Source: an uncultured Bacteroidales bacterium
GTDB lineage: Bacteria; Bacteroidota; Bacteroidia; Bacteroidales; ML635J-15
Assembly: GCA_964622935.1 (NCBI GenBank)
Contig: CAZUQY010000001.1
Location: 1 to 46,356 of the forward strand
Direction of reading: 5' to 3'
Length of the DNA: 46,356 nucleotides
A program made the position numbers and the translations under genes. Position 1 is the first letter of the stretch. The number at the start of each line of letters is the position of its first letter. Below, in pieces: positions 17,367 through 28,800 of the stretch. Below the pieces are notes generated by a model. The model saw only the letters and a list, made by a program, of their open reading frames with translations, was not told where the DNA came from and made no database searches.

Positions 17367-17574
17367 GCCTCGGATACACGAATAAAAAATAGAATTATGA
17401 ATTAATATATGAAGCAAAGTATTTACTGAAACCTGTATAAAAAACATTCGTGCATCCGTAACATCTGATAATCATAAACCATATTACTATCATTACTTAA
17501 TACTTCTAGCTACTAAAGCTCAAGAACACTAAAAAATACAATCTAATGTTTCCTTACATTCGTGTATTCGTGGC
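17367..17574. repeat. Intergenic element with octamer-periodic inverted arms (aTTCGTGyATyCG motif, three copies)
   Basis: GCCTCGGATACACGAATA (17367-17384) is the inverted counterpart of CATTCGTGTATTCGTGGC (17557-17574). A third, direct copy CATTCGTGCATCCG lies at 17445-17458. The arms read in an 8-nt period (cattcgtg tattcgtg). Confidence 0.5.
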
Positions 17575-17627
17575 TCTATAAAAGTATAAATTACCTTATT
17601 AAATTTTTCCTAACACAAACTTCTTAC

Positions 17628-17635
17628 TATATTTG
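17628..17635 (+). promoter_or_regulatory. Candidate -7 promoter box (TATATTTG)
   Basis: Exact TAnnTTTG 16 nt upstream of the ATG at 17652. Confidence 0.35.
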
Positions 17636-17651
17636 AAGAAACAAAATATTT

Positions 17652-18236
17652 ATGAAAAACATATTGATAATTCTTGCAGCAGTAATTACAATTTCATGCA
17701 CCGCACAAACAAACATCAGCGAAATGAAAGAGTTCAAAAAAACAACTTGGAAAGAATTAAATGACAATGTCATTAGACTGATTGGTAAAGACTGGATGCT
17801 TATTGCAGCTGGTAATATTGATGATTATAATATGATGACTGCCAGTTGGGGAACAATGGGATGGTTATGGGAAAAACCTGTTACAACAATTTATGTCAGA
17901 CCACAAAGACACACACATAACTATACAGAGCGTGAAGATTATTACACAATAAGCTTTTACAAAGAAGACAACAAAGATATTCTTAGGAAAATGGGAAGTG
18001 TTTCGGGTAGGAATTTTGACAAAATGAATTATGATAAACTCACACCCATAATCACAGAAAATGGATCAATTGCATTTAAAGAAGCCTACCTAATAATAGA
18101 ATGTAAAAAGCTTTATTCAATGGTTCTAAAAGAAGACGATTTTATAGACAAAGATGTTGTTAATGACAAATACCCTGAAAGAGATTTTCATACAGTTTAT
18201 TATGGTGAGATTCTAAATGTCTGGGTGAAGGAGTAA
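17652..18236 (+). CDS. Flavin reductase-like (FMN-binding split-barrel) domain protein, with possible lipoprotein signal
   Basis: LIGKDWMLIAAGNIDDYNMMTASWGTMGWLWEKPVTTIYVRPQRHT matches the flavin-reductase-like family common in Bacteroidota. The first 16 aa, MKNILIILAAVITISC, look like a lipobox. An internal ATG at 17724 is an alternative cytoplasmic start. Confidence 0.6.
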   Translation: MKNILIILAAVITISCTAQTNISEMKEFKKTTWKELNDNVIRLIGKDWMLIAAGNIDDYNMMTASWGTMGWLWEKPVTTIYVRPQRHTHNYTEREDYYTISFYKEDNKDILRKMGSVSGRNFDKMNYDKLTPIITENGSIAFKEAYLIIECKKLYSMVLKEDDFIDKDVVNDKYPERDFHTVYYGEILNVWVKE

Positions 18237-18312
18237 AAAAAAAGATGAGTTAAAAAAATATTATTTCGTTGCAAATTGATTCATCTGGATTCAAATAAAG
18301 CTTGCAAATCCA

Positions 18313-19431
18313 TCACCCCAAATTCCCCAACATCCTCAATGTTTCAAAATTTAGAATTTCGATGGATTTATTGTTGATGGCGATGATATTATCGCGTTTA
18401 AGTTCTGAAAGAATTCTTACAAGGTTTTCAGTGGCAAGGCCTGAAAATTCAGCAAGATCTTTGCGTGTTATCGTAGTATCTATCGTGCTAGATTTAAATA
18501 CTTTTTCAGATAAATAAATGAGAGAATCGCAGACTTTTCCTAATGCCTGTTTATTTGCAATACTTCCAAGTTTGTCGTAAACATTCTGTAATGAATTAGA
18601 ATACATTTTCATTATTTCAATCGAAAAGGCAGAGTTGTTTCTTACAATTTTGTCAAAATTACTTCGCTCGACCAAACAAACTTTTGAAGGCACTAATGCC
18701 TGACATGAAAAATGATAATAGTTATCTCCATACAAACTCGACAATCCAATAATATTATATGGTTGTGAAATTTTAAAAACATGATTCTTATAATGAGAAT
18801 TTTCAATGACTGCTTTTACCATCCCTTCCTTTAATATCATTATAAATGATGCAAATGAACCTTGCTTGCAAATAGTTTCTCCTTTTTTAAAGTCGATTTG
18901 CACTTTGGTCATTATTTCTATTTCTTCTTCGGTTAAACTGAATTTGGTTAAGTAATCCAAAAAGTTCTGTTCGTTATTACTCAGCTTTTGCTTATTATCA
19001 ACACTTTCAGAATAAATAGCTTTTAATTTTCGGAAAGATAAATATTGATTTATTTTTTCAACAACAGTTTTAAATAGGCGATTTTCTTCTGTTAAAAATA
19101 CACCTTTTTCTGCTCTAACCGGCTTAATATAACAAAGAACAATCTCTCCAACAGGTTCATTATCAACAGATAATATTTCACTCTGTTTTAATTCTGTTTT
19201 TTTAAACCCCTCAGTAGCAACTTCCGCATCATAAGCCGTGATTTTCACTTTACAAATGTCAGAATATCTCCATCCAAAAGGTAAAACTACAACAAGTTGA
19301 GAAAGAACAACATTTAATTCAGAATCAAAATCTTTCAAGATTTCATCAATCTTATACATACACTCTAATTCATTCTTCCTCTCATTAAGACTGTTGAGTA
19401 TGATATCTATATTGTCTTTACTATTTTGCAT
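18313..19431 (-). CDS. Crp/Fnr-family transcriptional regulator with an extra ~170-aa N-terminal sensor-like domain
   Basis: The C-terminal half has a cNMP-binding-like barrel (FKKGETICKQGSFASFIMILKEGMVKAV) and an HTH (RKDLAEFSGLATENLVRILSELKRDNII). The N-terminal half (LPFGWRYSDICKVKI...GEIVLCYIKP...GVFLTEENRLF) is not part of normal Crp proteins. Confidence 0.7.
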   Translation of the reverse strand: MQNSKDNIDIILNSLNERKNELECMYKIDEILKDFDSELNVVLSQLVVVLPFGWRYSDICKVKITAYDAEVATEGFKKTELKQSEILSVDNEPVGEIVLCYIKPVRAEKGVFLTEENRLFKTVVEKINQYLSFRKLKAIYSESVDNKQKLSNNEQNFLDYLTKFSLTEEEIEIMTKVQIDFKKGETICKQGSFASFIMILKEGMVKAVIENSHYKNHVFKISQPYNIIGLSSLYGDNYYHFSCQALVPSKVCLVERSNFDKIVRNNSAFSIEIMKMYSNSLQNVYDKLGSIANKQALGKVCDSLIYLSEKVFKSSTIDTTITRKDLAEFSGLATENLVRILSELKRDNIIAINNKSIEILNFETLRMLGNLG

Positions 19432-19448
19432 GATTTTATATTATAAGA

Positions 19449-19456
19449 CAAAAGTA
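19449..19456 (-). promoter_or_regulatory. Candidate -7 promoter box (TACTTTTG on minus strand)
   Basis: The plus strand reads CAAAAGTA, 18 nt upstream of the ATG at 19431. Confidence 0.3.
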
Positions 19457-19484
19457 AATAAAAACAAAACTCTGCCAAAAAACA

Positions 19485-19498
19485 TTGATAAATATCAA
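19485..19498. promoter_or_regulatory. Perfect Crp/FNR-type palindrome TTGAT-AAAT-ATCAA
   Basis: Read directly: cat TTGAT aaat ATCAA gc. It lies in the 185-bp divergent intergenic region, 54 nt from the regulator ATG (19431) and 119 nt from the gdhA ATG (19617). Confidence 0.6.
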
Positions 19499-19616
19499 GC
19501 ATTAATGTCAAAACTTAGATATTGGATATTGCTATTTGTATTTTTTTAAGCTGTATTTTTACATCGTTAAACATTTATTAAAATTTTGAAACAATAATTT
19601 ATAATTTTTTAAGGAT

Positions 19617-20951
19617 ATGAACGTAGAAAAAATCATGAACGACTTGGAAAAAAAACATCCAGGTGAAGTTGAGTATCTTCAGGCAGTTAGAGAAGTAGTT
19701 GAAACTATCGAAGACGTTTATAATGAAAACCCTCAATTTGAGGCAAACAGCATTATCGAAAGATTAATTGAACCAGACAGAATTTTAACTTTCAAAGTGC
19801 CCTGGTGTGATGATGAAGGTAATGTTCACGTAAACTTAGGTTACCGTATTCAGTTTAACAATGCTATCGGACCCTATAAAGGTGGGTTAAGATTTCACCC
19901 AAGTGTAAACCTTTCAATCCTTAAATTTTTAGGGTTTGAACAAATTTTCAAAAATGCACTTACTACACTTCCTATGGGTGGTGGTAAAGGTGGATCTGAT
20001 TTCAACGCTAAAGGAAAATCAGACAAAGAAATTATGCGTTTCTGCCAGTCTTTCATGATGGAACTTTGGGAATTTATCGGTCCACAAACAGACGTACCTG
20101 CTGGTGACATAGGTGTTGGTGGAAAAGAGATTGGTTACATGTACGGAATGTATAGAAAATTAGCTAAAGAAAATACCGGCGTTTTAACTGGAAAAGGTCT
20201 TAAATGGGGTGGAAGTTTAGTTCGTCCACAAGCTACAGGTTTTGGTAATGTTTATTTTGCTAAAGAAATGTTAGCAACTAAGGGCGAAACTTTTGAAGGA
20301 AAAACTGTTGTTATTTCAGGTTTTGGTAACGTAGCATGGGGTGCTGCAACTAAAGTAACCGAATTAGGTGGCAAAGTTGTTGCGATTTCAGGTCCTGACG
20401 GATATATTTATGATAAAGATGGTATCTCAGGAAAGAAAATCGATTATATGCTAGAATTAAGAGCCACTAATGAAGATATCGTTAAACCTTATTCTTATGA
20501 ATTTGGTGCTGAATTCCATCAAGGTAAAAGACCTTGGGAAGTTAAGTGTGATGTAGCTCTTCCATGTGCTACTCAAAACGAACTTGGAAAAGAAGATGCA
20601 TTAACATTAATTAAAAATGGTTGTATGTGTCTTTGCGAAGGTGCAAATATGCCTTGTACTCCTGAAGCAGTAGAAGTTTTCCAAGAAAATAAAATATTAT
20701 ATGCACCTGGTAAAGCTGCTAACGCCGGTGGCGTTGCTACTTCAGGTCTTGAAATGTCACAGAATTCAATGAAATTATCTTGGCCTGCTGAGGAAGTTGA
20801 TGCAAAACTACACAAAATTATGCGCGATATTCATGAAGCATGTGTTAAACACGGTAAAGATGAAACCGGTTATGTTAACTATGTAAAAGGTGCTAATATC
20901 GCAGGATTCCTTAAAGTTGCTGATGCAATGGTAGAACAAGGAATTATATAA
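19617..20951 (+). CDS. gdhA: NADP-specific glutamate dehydrogenase
   Basis: 444 aa. Hallmark motifs LPMGGGKGGSDF, QTDVPAGDIGVG, the nucleotide-binding GFGNVAWGAA, and ANAGGVATSGLEMSQN. Confidence 0.95.
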   Translation: MNVEKIMNDLEKKHPGEVEYLQAVREVVETIEDVYNENPQFEANSIIERLIEPDRILTFKVPWCDDEGNVHVNLGYRIQFNNAIGPYKGGLRFHPSVNLSILKFLGFEQIFKNALTTLPMGGGKGGSDFNAKGKSDKEIMRFCQSFMMELWEFIGPQTDVPAGDIGVGGKEIGYMYGMYRKLAKENTGVLTGKGLKWGGSLVRPQATGFGNVYFAKEMLATKGETFEGKTVVISGFGNVAWGAATKVTELGGKVVAISGPDGYIYDKDGISGKKIDYMLELRATNEDIVKPYSYEFGAEFHQGKRPWEVKCDVALPCATQNELGKEDALTLIKNGCMCLCEGANMPCTPEAVEVFQENKILYAPGKAANAGGVATSGLEMSQNSMKLSWPAEEVDAKLHKIMRDIHEACVKHGKDETGYVNYVKGANIAGFLKVADAMVEQGII

Positions 20952-21003
20952 GGAGCTTAAAATCTAAAATATGTTCAACTAGCTCATTAAATTTTTAACG
21001 CGC

Positions 21004-21032
21004 AAAACCCTCCCATCTGGAGGGTTTTTTTT
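21004..21032 (+). terminator. Intrinsic terminator of gdhA
   Basis: Stem AAAACCCTCC / GGAGGGTTTT (10 bp), loop CATCT, followed by a T-run. Confidence 0.8.
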
Positions 21033-21231
21033 ATTAACCCTAAAACAAACGCCATATTTTTTATACAACTATATCATTCATTTCTTTTTTTTAACATCAT
21101 AAGACATAGTTTTTTTATCAATCTGGCCTTTAGTATCTGCTTTAGGATATTTTGTATTATTTTATCGTAATATTTTTGGTCAGCTCAAATATCATACTAT
21201 ATTGACTAGCTTATAAAAAAAATGAAATGTT

Positions 21232-21675
21232 ATGTTAGAATTTGAAATTATCAAAAAAGAAAATGAATTTAATACAACTTCCCGAGAACAATGCATCGAC
21301 TTTTTACATACACACCTTGATAAATTCCGAGATGATAAAACTGACATAAATAAATGCATCGATTATGCTTTGCAAGAAAATTGTGGTAAAGGAGGATTCA
21401 TTCTTCTCGCAAATTACCAAAGCAAACTTGCCGGTATTTTAATAATGAATAAAACAGGAATGTCTGGTTTTATACCCGAAAACATACTCGTATATATTGC
21501 AGTAAAAGCAGACCATCGTGGTAAAGGATTCGGCCGCAATATTATTGAAAAAGCTATTTCTATTACCGAAGGAAATGTAAAACTGCATGTGGAATATGAT
21601 AATCCAGCAAAAAACCTTTACGAGAGAATCGGATTCAAATCAAAATATGCTGAAATGAGATTTGAAAATAAATAA
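21232..21675 (+). CDS. GNAT-family N-acetyltransferase
   Basis: 147 aa. Acetyl-CoA motif A region IAVKADHRGKGFGRNIIEKAI. C-terminal NPAKNLYERIGF. Confidence 0.75.
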   Translation: MLEFEIIKKENEFNTTSREQCIDFLHTHLDKFRDDKTDINKCIDYALQENCGKGGFILLANYQSKLAGILIMNKTGMSGFIPENILVYIAVKADHRGKGFGRNIIEKAISITEGNVKLHVEYDNPAKNLYERIGFKSKYAEMRFENK

Positions 21676-21702
21676 ATAATTGTCCTCATAAAAAAATAAG
21701 TA

Positions 21703-22800
21703 ATGGCGAAATTAAGAATTGATACAGAGGCAATTATTCATAATATCAAAGAAATAAGTGCCTTTTTAAAGCAACATAATAAACAATGGAGTTTAATCAC
21801 AAAAGTGTTTTCTGGCGACATTAATCTATTAAAAAAGATTTTAAAACCAGATGTAATAAAAGATATACAGTCGGTTGGTGATTCAAGATTAAGCAGTCTT
21901 AAAATTTTAAAACAGGTAAATCCAGATCTTGTTACAATTTATATCAAGCCTCCTGCACTAATTTACATAGATGATGTCGTTAAATACGCAGACATTTCTC
22001 TAAATACGTCTTACAAAACTATTTTAGCACTTAATGAATCAGCCAAAATTCAGAAAAAGACACATAAAATCATTATTATGATAGAACTTGGCGAGCTTCG
22101 TGAAGGAATAAAACGCGATGATCTATTAGTATTTTATGAAAAGGTATTTGAGCTTACCAATATTGAAGTAATCGGATTAGGTTCTAACCTTGGATGTATG
22201 TTTGGAGTGGAACCCACATTTGATAAACTCCTTCAACTATGTCTTTACAAAGAACTAATTCAGGCGAAGTTTAATAAAAACTTACCTTTAATTTCAGGAG
22301 GAAGCTCTATAACTCTTCCATTAGTTGAAAAAAATGCAGTACCTGAAGATATGAATCATTTCAGAATAGGGGAAGCTGCTTTTTTTGGCACAAGTCCTTT
22401 AGATAATGAAAAGTTTCAAACCCTTAATACCGAAGCATTTACATTTATCGCCAATATTATTGAGCTTGGTGAAAAAGAAATAGTGCCAGATGGTGTAATA
22501 AATGATGCTAACACTGGTCATACTGCTGACTATGATACAGAAGATTTTAATTCAACAACAATGAAAGCAATTCTTGATTTTGGTTTATTAGATGTTGACA
22601 AAACAGAAATCGAGCCATTAGATAAAAGCATAAGTTTTGTAGGAATCACTTCTGATATGATGGTTGTAGATTTGGGAATCAATAAAACTAAAGATGGTAA
22701 AAAGAAATACTCTGTAGGAAGTCAAGTTTGTTTTATTCCATCTTATATGGGTGTAGCCAGACTTTTAAATTCAAAGTTTATTGATATTGAATATCTCTAA
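21703..22800 (+). CDS. Alanine/ornithine racemase-family PLP-dependent enzyme (YhfX-like)
   Basis: 365 aa. N-terminal TIM-barrel pattern with the Lys-containing ITKVFSG segment. ELGELREG, GSNLGC, SGGSS and RIGEAAFFG are typical of this racemase subfamily. It lies 27 nt after the GNAT gene. Confidence 0.65.
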   Translation: MAKLRIDTEAIIHNIKEISAFLKQHNKQWSLITKVFSGDINLLKKILKPDVIKDIQSVGDSRLSSLKILKQVNPDLVTIYIKPPALIYIDDVVKYADISLNTSYKTILALNESAKIQKKTHKIIIMIELGELREGIKRDDLLVFYEKVFELTNIEVIGLGSNLGCMFGVEPTFDKLLQLCLYKELIQAKFNKNLPLISGGSSITLPLVEKNAVPEDMNHFRIGEAAFFGTSPLDNEKFQTLNTEAFTFIANIIELGEKEIVPDGVINDANTGHTADYDTEDFNSTTMKAILDFGLLDVDKTEIEPLDKSISFVGITSDMMVVDLGINKTKDGKKKYSVGSQVCFIPSYMGVARLLNSKFIDIEYL

Positions 22801-22805
22801 AAAGC

Positions 22806-25800
22806 TTAACGTATTAACGTAATCGTACCCACTCTTGGGTCTTCATCAATATTCAAAATGATATTATACAAATATGCCCCAGTTGGAACTGGATTGCCAC
22901 TATAAGTACCATCCCAAAATCCATTTAACCCAAGATCTTCATAAAGCAGCTGACCCCATCTGTTAAATATTTGAATAACTGCTCTAGGATACAAATGGAT
23001 GTTTTCAATAAAGAATTCATCATTGTAACCATCTCCATTAGGACTAAATGCTGCAGGAATTTTTAAGCAATCCTCATCAGTATCTGCAATAACTATGGGC
23101 CCAAAATTATATTCGCAATAATTAGAATCTATAACAGTCAGATAGTATTCGCCACGATACAACGAATCAATAATAGGAGAATCCCACAACATATCCATCA
23201 AATAATATGAGTATGGTTTTGTACCTCCTTGTGCTGTAATCGAAATGTACCCGTCATAGTTACCTATACAAGAAGTGTTTCCCACTTCAACATCTGCCAC
23301 CAATGAATTTACCTGAAATAGTTGAACAATGGTATCTGTACTACAACCATTATTATCATATACCATTAATATATATGTTCCAACATCAAGATTTTTAATT
23401 GTGGCCCCAGAAAGTTCCATTCCATTGATATACCATGTATACAAATAAGGCGGAGTCCCTCCACTTGCAAATGAATTTATTGCTCCATCATTAGCCCCAT
23501 AACAAGTTACCTGCTGAACATTAAGATCTATTTCAATTCCTGTCGCTGGTTCTGTTATCACAGAATATGCAGTTTCCACACAATTATTTGCATCTGTAAC
23601 AGTTACCCAAATCTCACCTGCTCCGAGTCCAACAGTATAGAAATTCGTATCGTCATTTTCCCATAATACAGAATATGCTTGTGTTCCTCCTTGTATTTCC
23701 ACACTTGCTGTTCCTGTTAATTCTCCTTTACAAAGGACGTCTTCTGAATGAACTTGAACCTCAAGCAATACTGGTTCGCTCACAGTTATTGAGTCTATCC
23801 CTTGACAACCCCAAGAATCTATTAAAGTAACAATATAATCACCTGCAGCTAAATCAGGATTAACAGAGTCTCTAATATAATTAGACCAATAATAATTACA
23901 TGGATTAGCAGCATCTGGTGAAGAAGCAACTAGTTCTGCGATTTTATCCCCATAACAAAGGTTATAATTAGTTTGAGTAATATCAACACTAATTCCGCCC
24001 TCAGTAGGAATATCAACTGATGATTGCAACACACATCCATTAGCATCATTAATAATCACATCGTAAGTTTGTGATATAAGATTAAACAATACTGGCAAGG
24101 TCTCTTCTGTAGACCATAAATAATCATAAGGGGCTGTTCCGCCAAACACCGTTATACCAACAGAACCCATTTGTTGTGTACAAAGCACAGGATTTATTAC
24201 TGCTTCAAGATATAAGGAATCTGGTTCTGTAATCAAAACACTATCTGAGAATTCGCAATCATGATCATCAGTAATTATAACAGTATAGTATCCTGTCACA
24301 AGATTTGTAATAGTCATTCCAAGTGTTTCAAACTGATCATTCCAAATAGCATCATAAGGGCCTGTCCCTCCTGCTGGTTCAACCGTTACTGCACCATCGC
24401 TATAAGTATAACAACTAACGTTAAAAATGTCGATAAAACTTAGAGATAATGTGTCAGGTTCACCAATAACAATTGTATCTGTTGCTTGGCATAAGTTAGA
24501 ATCTGTAACTATTACAATATAGGGGCCGATTGGAATATTTTCCAATATTACAGTATCTGTATGCTCTGTATCATCCCACAAATATGTATATCCCGGTATT
24601 CCACCACTAGCATTTGCTATTGCCCATGCATCCTCAAAACCATAACAGCTAGCATCAGAAAAACTAGAAATATCAACTACCAATTGTGTCGGTTCATCAA
24701 CAAAAACACTATCCACGGTTACACAAGAAAGACTATCTGTCACTGATAAATAATACCAGCTTGACAAAACGCTTGTTATATCAGCTGTTACAGAAGGGCC
24801 GGCATCACTCCAAAGATAATCAAACGGCCCAATTGCATTGGTAACCGTTGTAGTGATTGTCCCGTTTGAATCTCCAAAACAAAGAGGCTGAGTAACATCA
24901 AAATCAACATCTGCATAATCAACCACTGTTGTATTAACATATGTAGTATCAGAACATCCAAAAACATCAGTAAAATGATACATGAGTTCAAAATCACCTG
25001 GACCTGCTGATGGTGGGATAAACAAATTATTATATGTTCCAGCTCCAACCAAAGTCCCGCCAAGAGGCAAAACAACAGGATAAACAGTATCATCGTATAC
25101 ACAATAATAGTCGTCGATACCTGATATACTAGTTACCGGCATAGCATGTACCTCCAAATCAAACTCTGCAGTATCAGTACAACTATTTAAATCAGAATAG
25201 ACATATGTAATATTATGTGTTCCAACACCGGCAAGCTGTGGGTCAAATAAGGTACCTGCAATAGCACCTCCGGTCAATACTCCTCCTGCAGGAGAAACAT
25301 TAACTAAGTGAGAATCATCATTTAGACAATAATCCGGATTAAGACCAGAAATTGTCACAACTGGTATATCATGTACGGTTAATGTGTCAAAATCAATTGA
25401 AGAACATCCATTTACAGTAATTTCATAAACTACTAAAAAATTTCCCACACCTGACGCCTGTGGATTGTATGTACCTGCAACAACATCAGTAATTCCAGCT
25501 CCCGACCAAGTCCCTCCACTATCTCCTGATGTATAATTGAAAATAGGGTCATTCAAACAAACATCTGATGGGCCACTAATCGTTGCATCAGGATTGTTAT
25601 TTACACTAATTATTTGAGTGTCATCATCATAACATGCACCATTTGTAATTTCATAACCAATAATGTGATTACTAACTCCTGCTGCTGCTGGAGAGAATAA
25701 ACCATCTAAATTAGTACCATCACCTGACCATACTCCACCTGAATTGATTGATGACAAATACAATGGAGTATCATTCAAACAATATGGTCCGGTTGAACTT

Positions 25801-28800
25801 ATTTCTGCGTCGAAATATTCATTTACCGTAATGTCTACTTGTTCAGTTACAATACACGAACCCGAAGTAAATGTATATATTATTGGGTGTACGCCAACAG
25901 TAGCAATCCCAGGATTAAAGGTTCCTAACATATCAATGCCATCACCACTCCATACTCCGCCTGCAACATCGGCTGTAAATACCTGATTGCCTTCTGTCTC
26001 ACAAAATGGGCCTGTCGTTAATATTGTTACTTCAGGTGCGGCCTCAACTACTATAGTAGTATTATCCGTATCATTACAAACACCATTTTCTACATAATAC
26101 GTAATTATATTATTACCAACTAATGCATTACCAGGACTAAATGAGCCTGTAACAGGACTTACGCCAGAACCAGACCATGCTCCACCTGTGGTAACAGCTG
26201 TTAAAATAATAGAGCCATCTGTCTCACAAAATGGTCCAACATCTGTAATAGTTGCATCAACTGAAGAATTAACCACAATATTAATCGTTCCCGTTGATGT
26301 ACATGCGCCATTAATTATGGTATAATCTATTGGATGGGTTCCTGGTTGCGCCAATGGAGGATCAAAAAGACCAGTAACGAGGTCTGTTATCCCATTACCA
26401 GACCATAATCCACCAATAGATGGTTCAGGTAAATTGACAACGGCATCAGTTTCGCAAAATGGACCTGCAGGACTAAGTATAGTGTTTGGATATAAATCAA
26501 CATGTATGGTTTCAGTATCGCTTGCTGAACACTCTCCATTTACAATATCATAAGTTATAATATAATTTCCTGGAGCAACAACACTCCCAGGATTAAATGT
26601 TCCATCATCTGCATCTATAATTCCTATTCCAGTCCAATCTCCGCCACCATCTGCAGCAGTTAAATCAAATGCAGCTTGATTTTGACATATAGGCCCTACC
26701 GGACTTATTGTTGGGTCTGGCTGATTATCAACGTGAACCGTTTCAGTATCTGAAGAATAACATGCTCCATTAGTAATTTCATAATAAATTAGCCAATCAC
26801 CCCCGCCCACAACAAAGCCAGGATCAAATGTTCCAACAGCAGGAAAAATTATTCCTGTTCCACTCCAAACACCTCCAGGATTTGCGGCCACTAAATTAAC
26901 GGCAGGTTCTGTTTCGCAAAAATCACTTATTGCAGATATTGTTGCATCAAAATATTGATCAACATGAATTGTAATATTATCAGAATCGCTACAAACTCCA
27001 TTACTAATTTGATAATCAATTAACCAATCACCTGGAGTTGCTATTCCAGGATGGAAAGTTCCATTTAAGACGCTAGTAATACCAGTTCCACTCCAGTCTC
27101 CACCAGCTGTTGCAGCAGTAAGATTTACAAAAGCATCGGTATTGCAAAATGGTCCAGCTGGTGTAATCGTAGCATCATAAAATTCATCGACAACAATTGT
27201 TCGTGTACTCGAACTATAACAAGCCCCATTGGTAATTTCATAATCAATAAGACTGCTACCCCCTCCCACAACAAGACTAGGATCAAAAGTTCCAAAAACC
27301 ACATCAGTTATTCCTGTTCCAGACCATAGTCCACCCGGAGATGCTGCATTTAGATTTATTGGAGAATCACTTTCACAGAAAGGTCCTGCTGCTGATATTG
27401 TTGTAATTGGAAATGCATCTATATGAATAATTTCTGCATCAGAATCAGAACATGTTCCATTAACTAATGAATATGTTATGTTATTGTCACCTACTACGGC
27501 AGATGGAGGATGAAAGTATCCTTCTACTGTATTAACAATTCCTGTTCCTCCCCAAGTTCCTCCAGAATCTGCAGCAACTAACGTAGTGATTAAGTCATTC
27601 TCGCAAAATGGACCAGCAGGTGTTATTGTTGCATCAACATCGGCATCGACCAGCATGTCAAAAGTGTCAATATTTGTACATACGCCTTGTGAAATAGTAT
27701 ATGTTATTATGTGTGTACCATCTCCAGCAAGAACAGGATTAAATGTTCCATTAACAGCATTTGTAATCCCATTACCAGTACCACTCCATAATCCTCCAGG
27801 ATTTGCTGCAGTAAAATCAAATTGGGATGCGTCCTCACACAATGGTGCCACAGGATTTATTATTGCACTTAATGTATCATCTACCTGTATTATTTGTGAG
27901 TCTGTATCAAAACATGCTGGATTTCCAACATCATAAGTTATTAAGTTATTTCCAATAACCGCTGCAGTCGGGTCAAAAGTTCCCAAATCCACATCAACAA
28001 TACCCGTTCCCGACCAAACACCACCAGAACTCACTGCAGTCAGAGTAATTAGACCAGCGCTAATGCAATATGGCCCCGTAGAGGTAATTGTTGCATCAAC
28101 GGCTGCATCATAAACATATATTGTTATTGTTCCAACGGTAGTACAACCTCCACTACTAACTGTATAGGTTACATCATTTGCTCCATCATTTGCTCCTCCA
28201 GGATCAAATGTTCCATTAACAGCATTTGTTATTCCATTGCCTCCCCATGAACCTCCTGGTGTCACAGCAGTCAAATTAATTGGGGGGTCAGTACTACAAA
28301 ACTCTCCAGGATCATTAATTGTTCCATCAGGAGCATTATTTACAGTAATAAATATATTGTCTGAATCTGAACAAAGTCCATTTACAATATTATACCCAAT
28401 ATTATAAATCCCGACACCAGCAGTTTGTGGATCAAATGTTCCTGTAGAGGGGTCTAATATTCCTGTACCAGTCCATGTACCGCCAGATGAAACTGCTGAT
28501 AAATTTTCAGCAGGGTCATATAGACAGAAAGGTCCCGCAGGAGTTATTGTTGCATCAACAGCCGCATCAACATGAATTGTTATTGATGATGAATTAGTAC
28601 ATGCTCCAACCGTAAGAGTATATGTAATTAAGTGATCTCCACCTCCAGCAGCATCTGGATCAAACACACCAGTAACTGGGTTAGTTCCATCTCCTAACCA
28701 ATCTCCTCCAGGAGTAACAGATACTAAATTTACAGCTGCTTCATTTGAGCAAAAAGGTCCAGCACCAAAAATCGTAGAAACTGGATCAGCACCAACATTA

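Noticed and set aside
18302-18517. 71-aa plus-strand ORF
   Set aside because: It lies antisense to, and wholly inside, the 3' end of the Crp-family gene, whose HTH motif is clear in that region.
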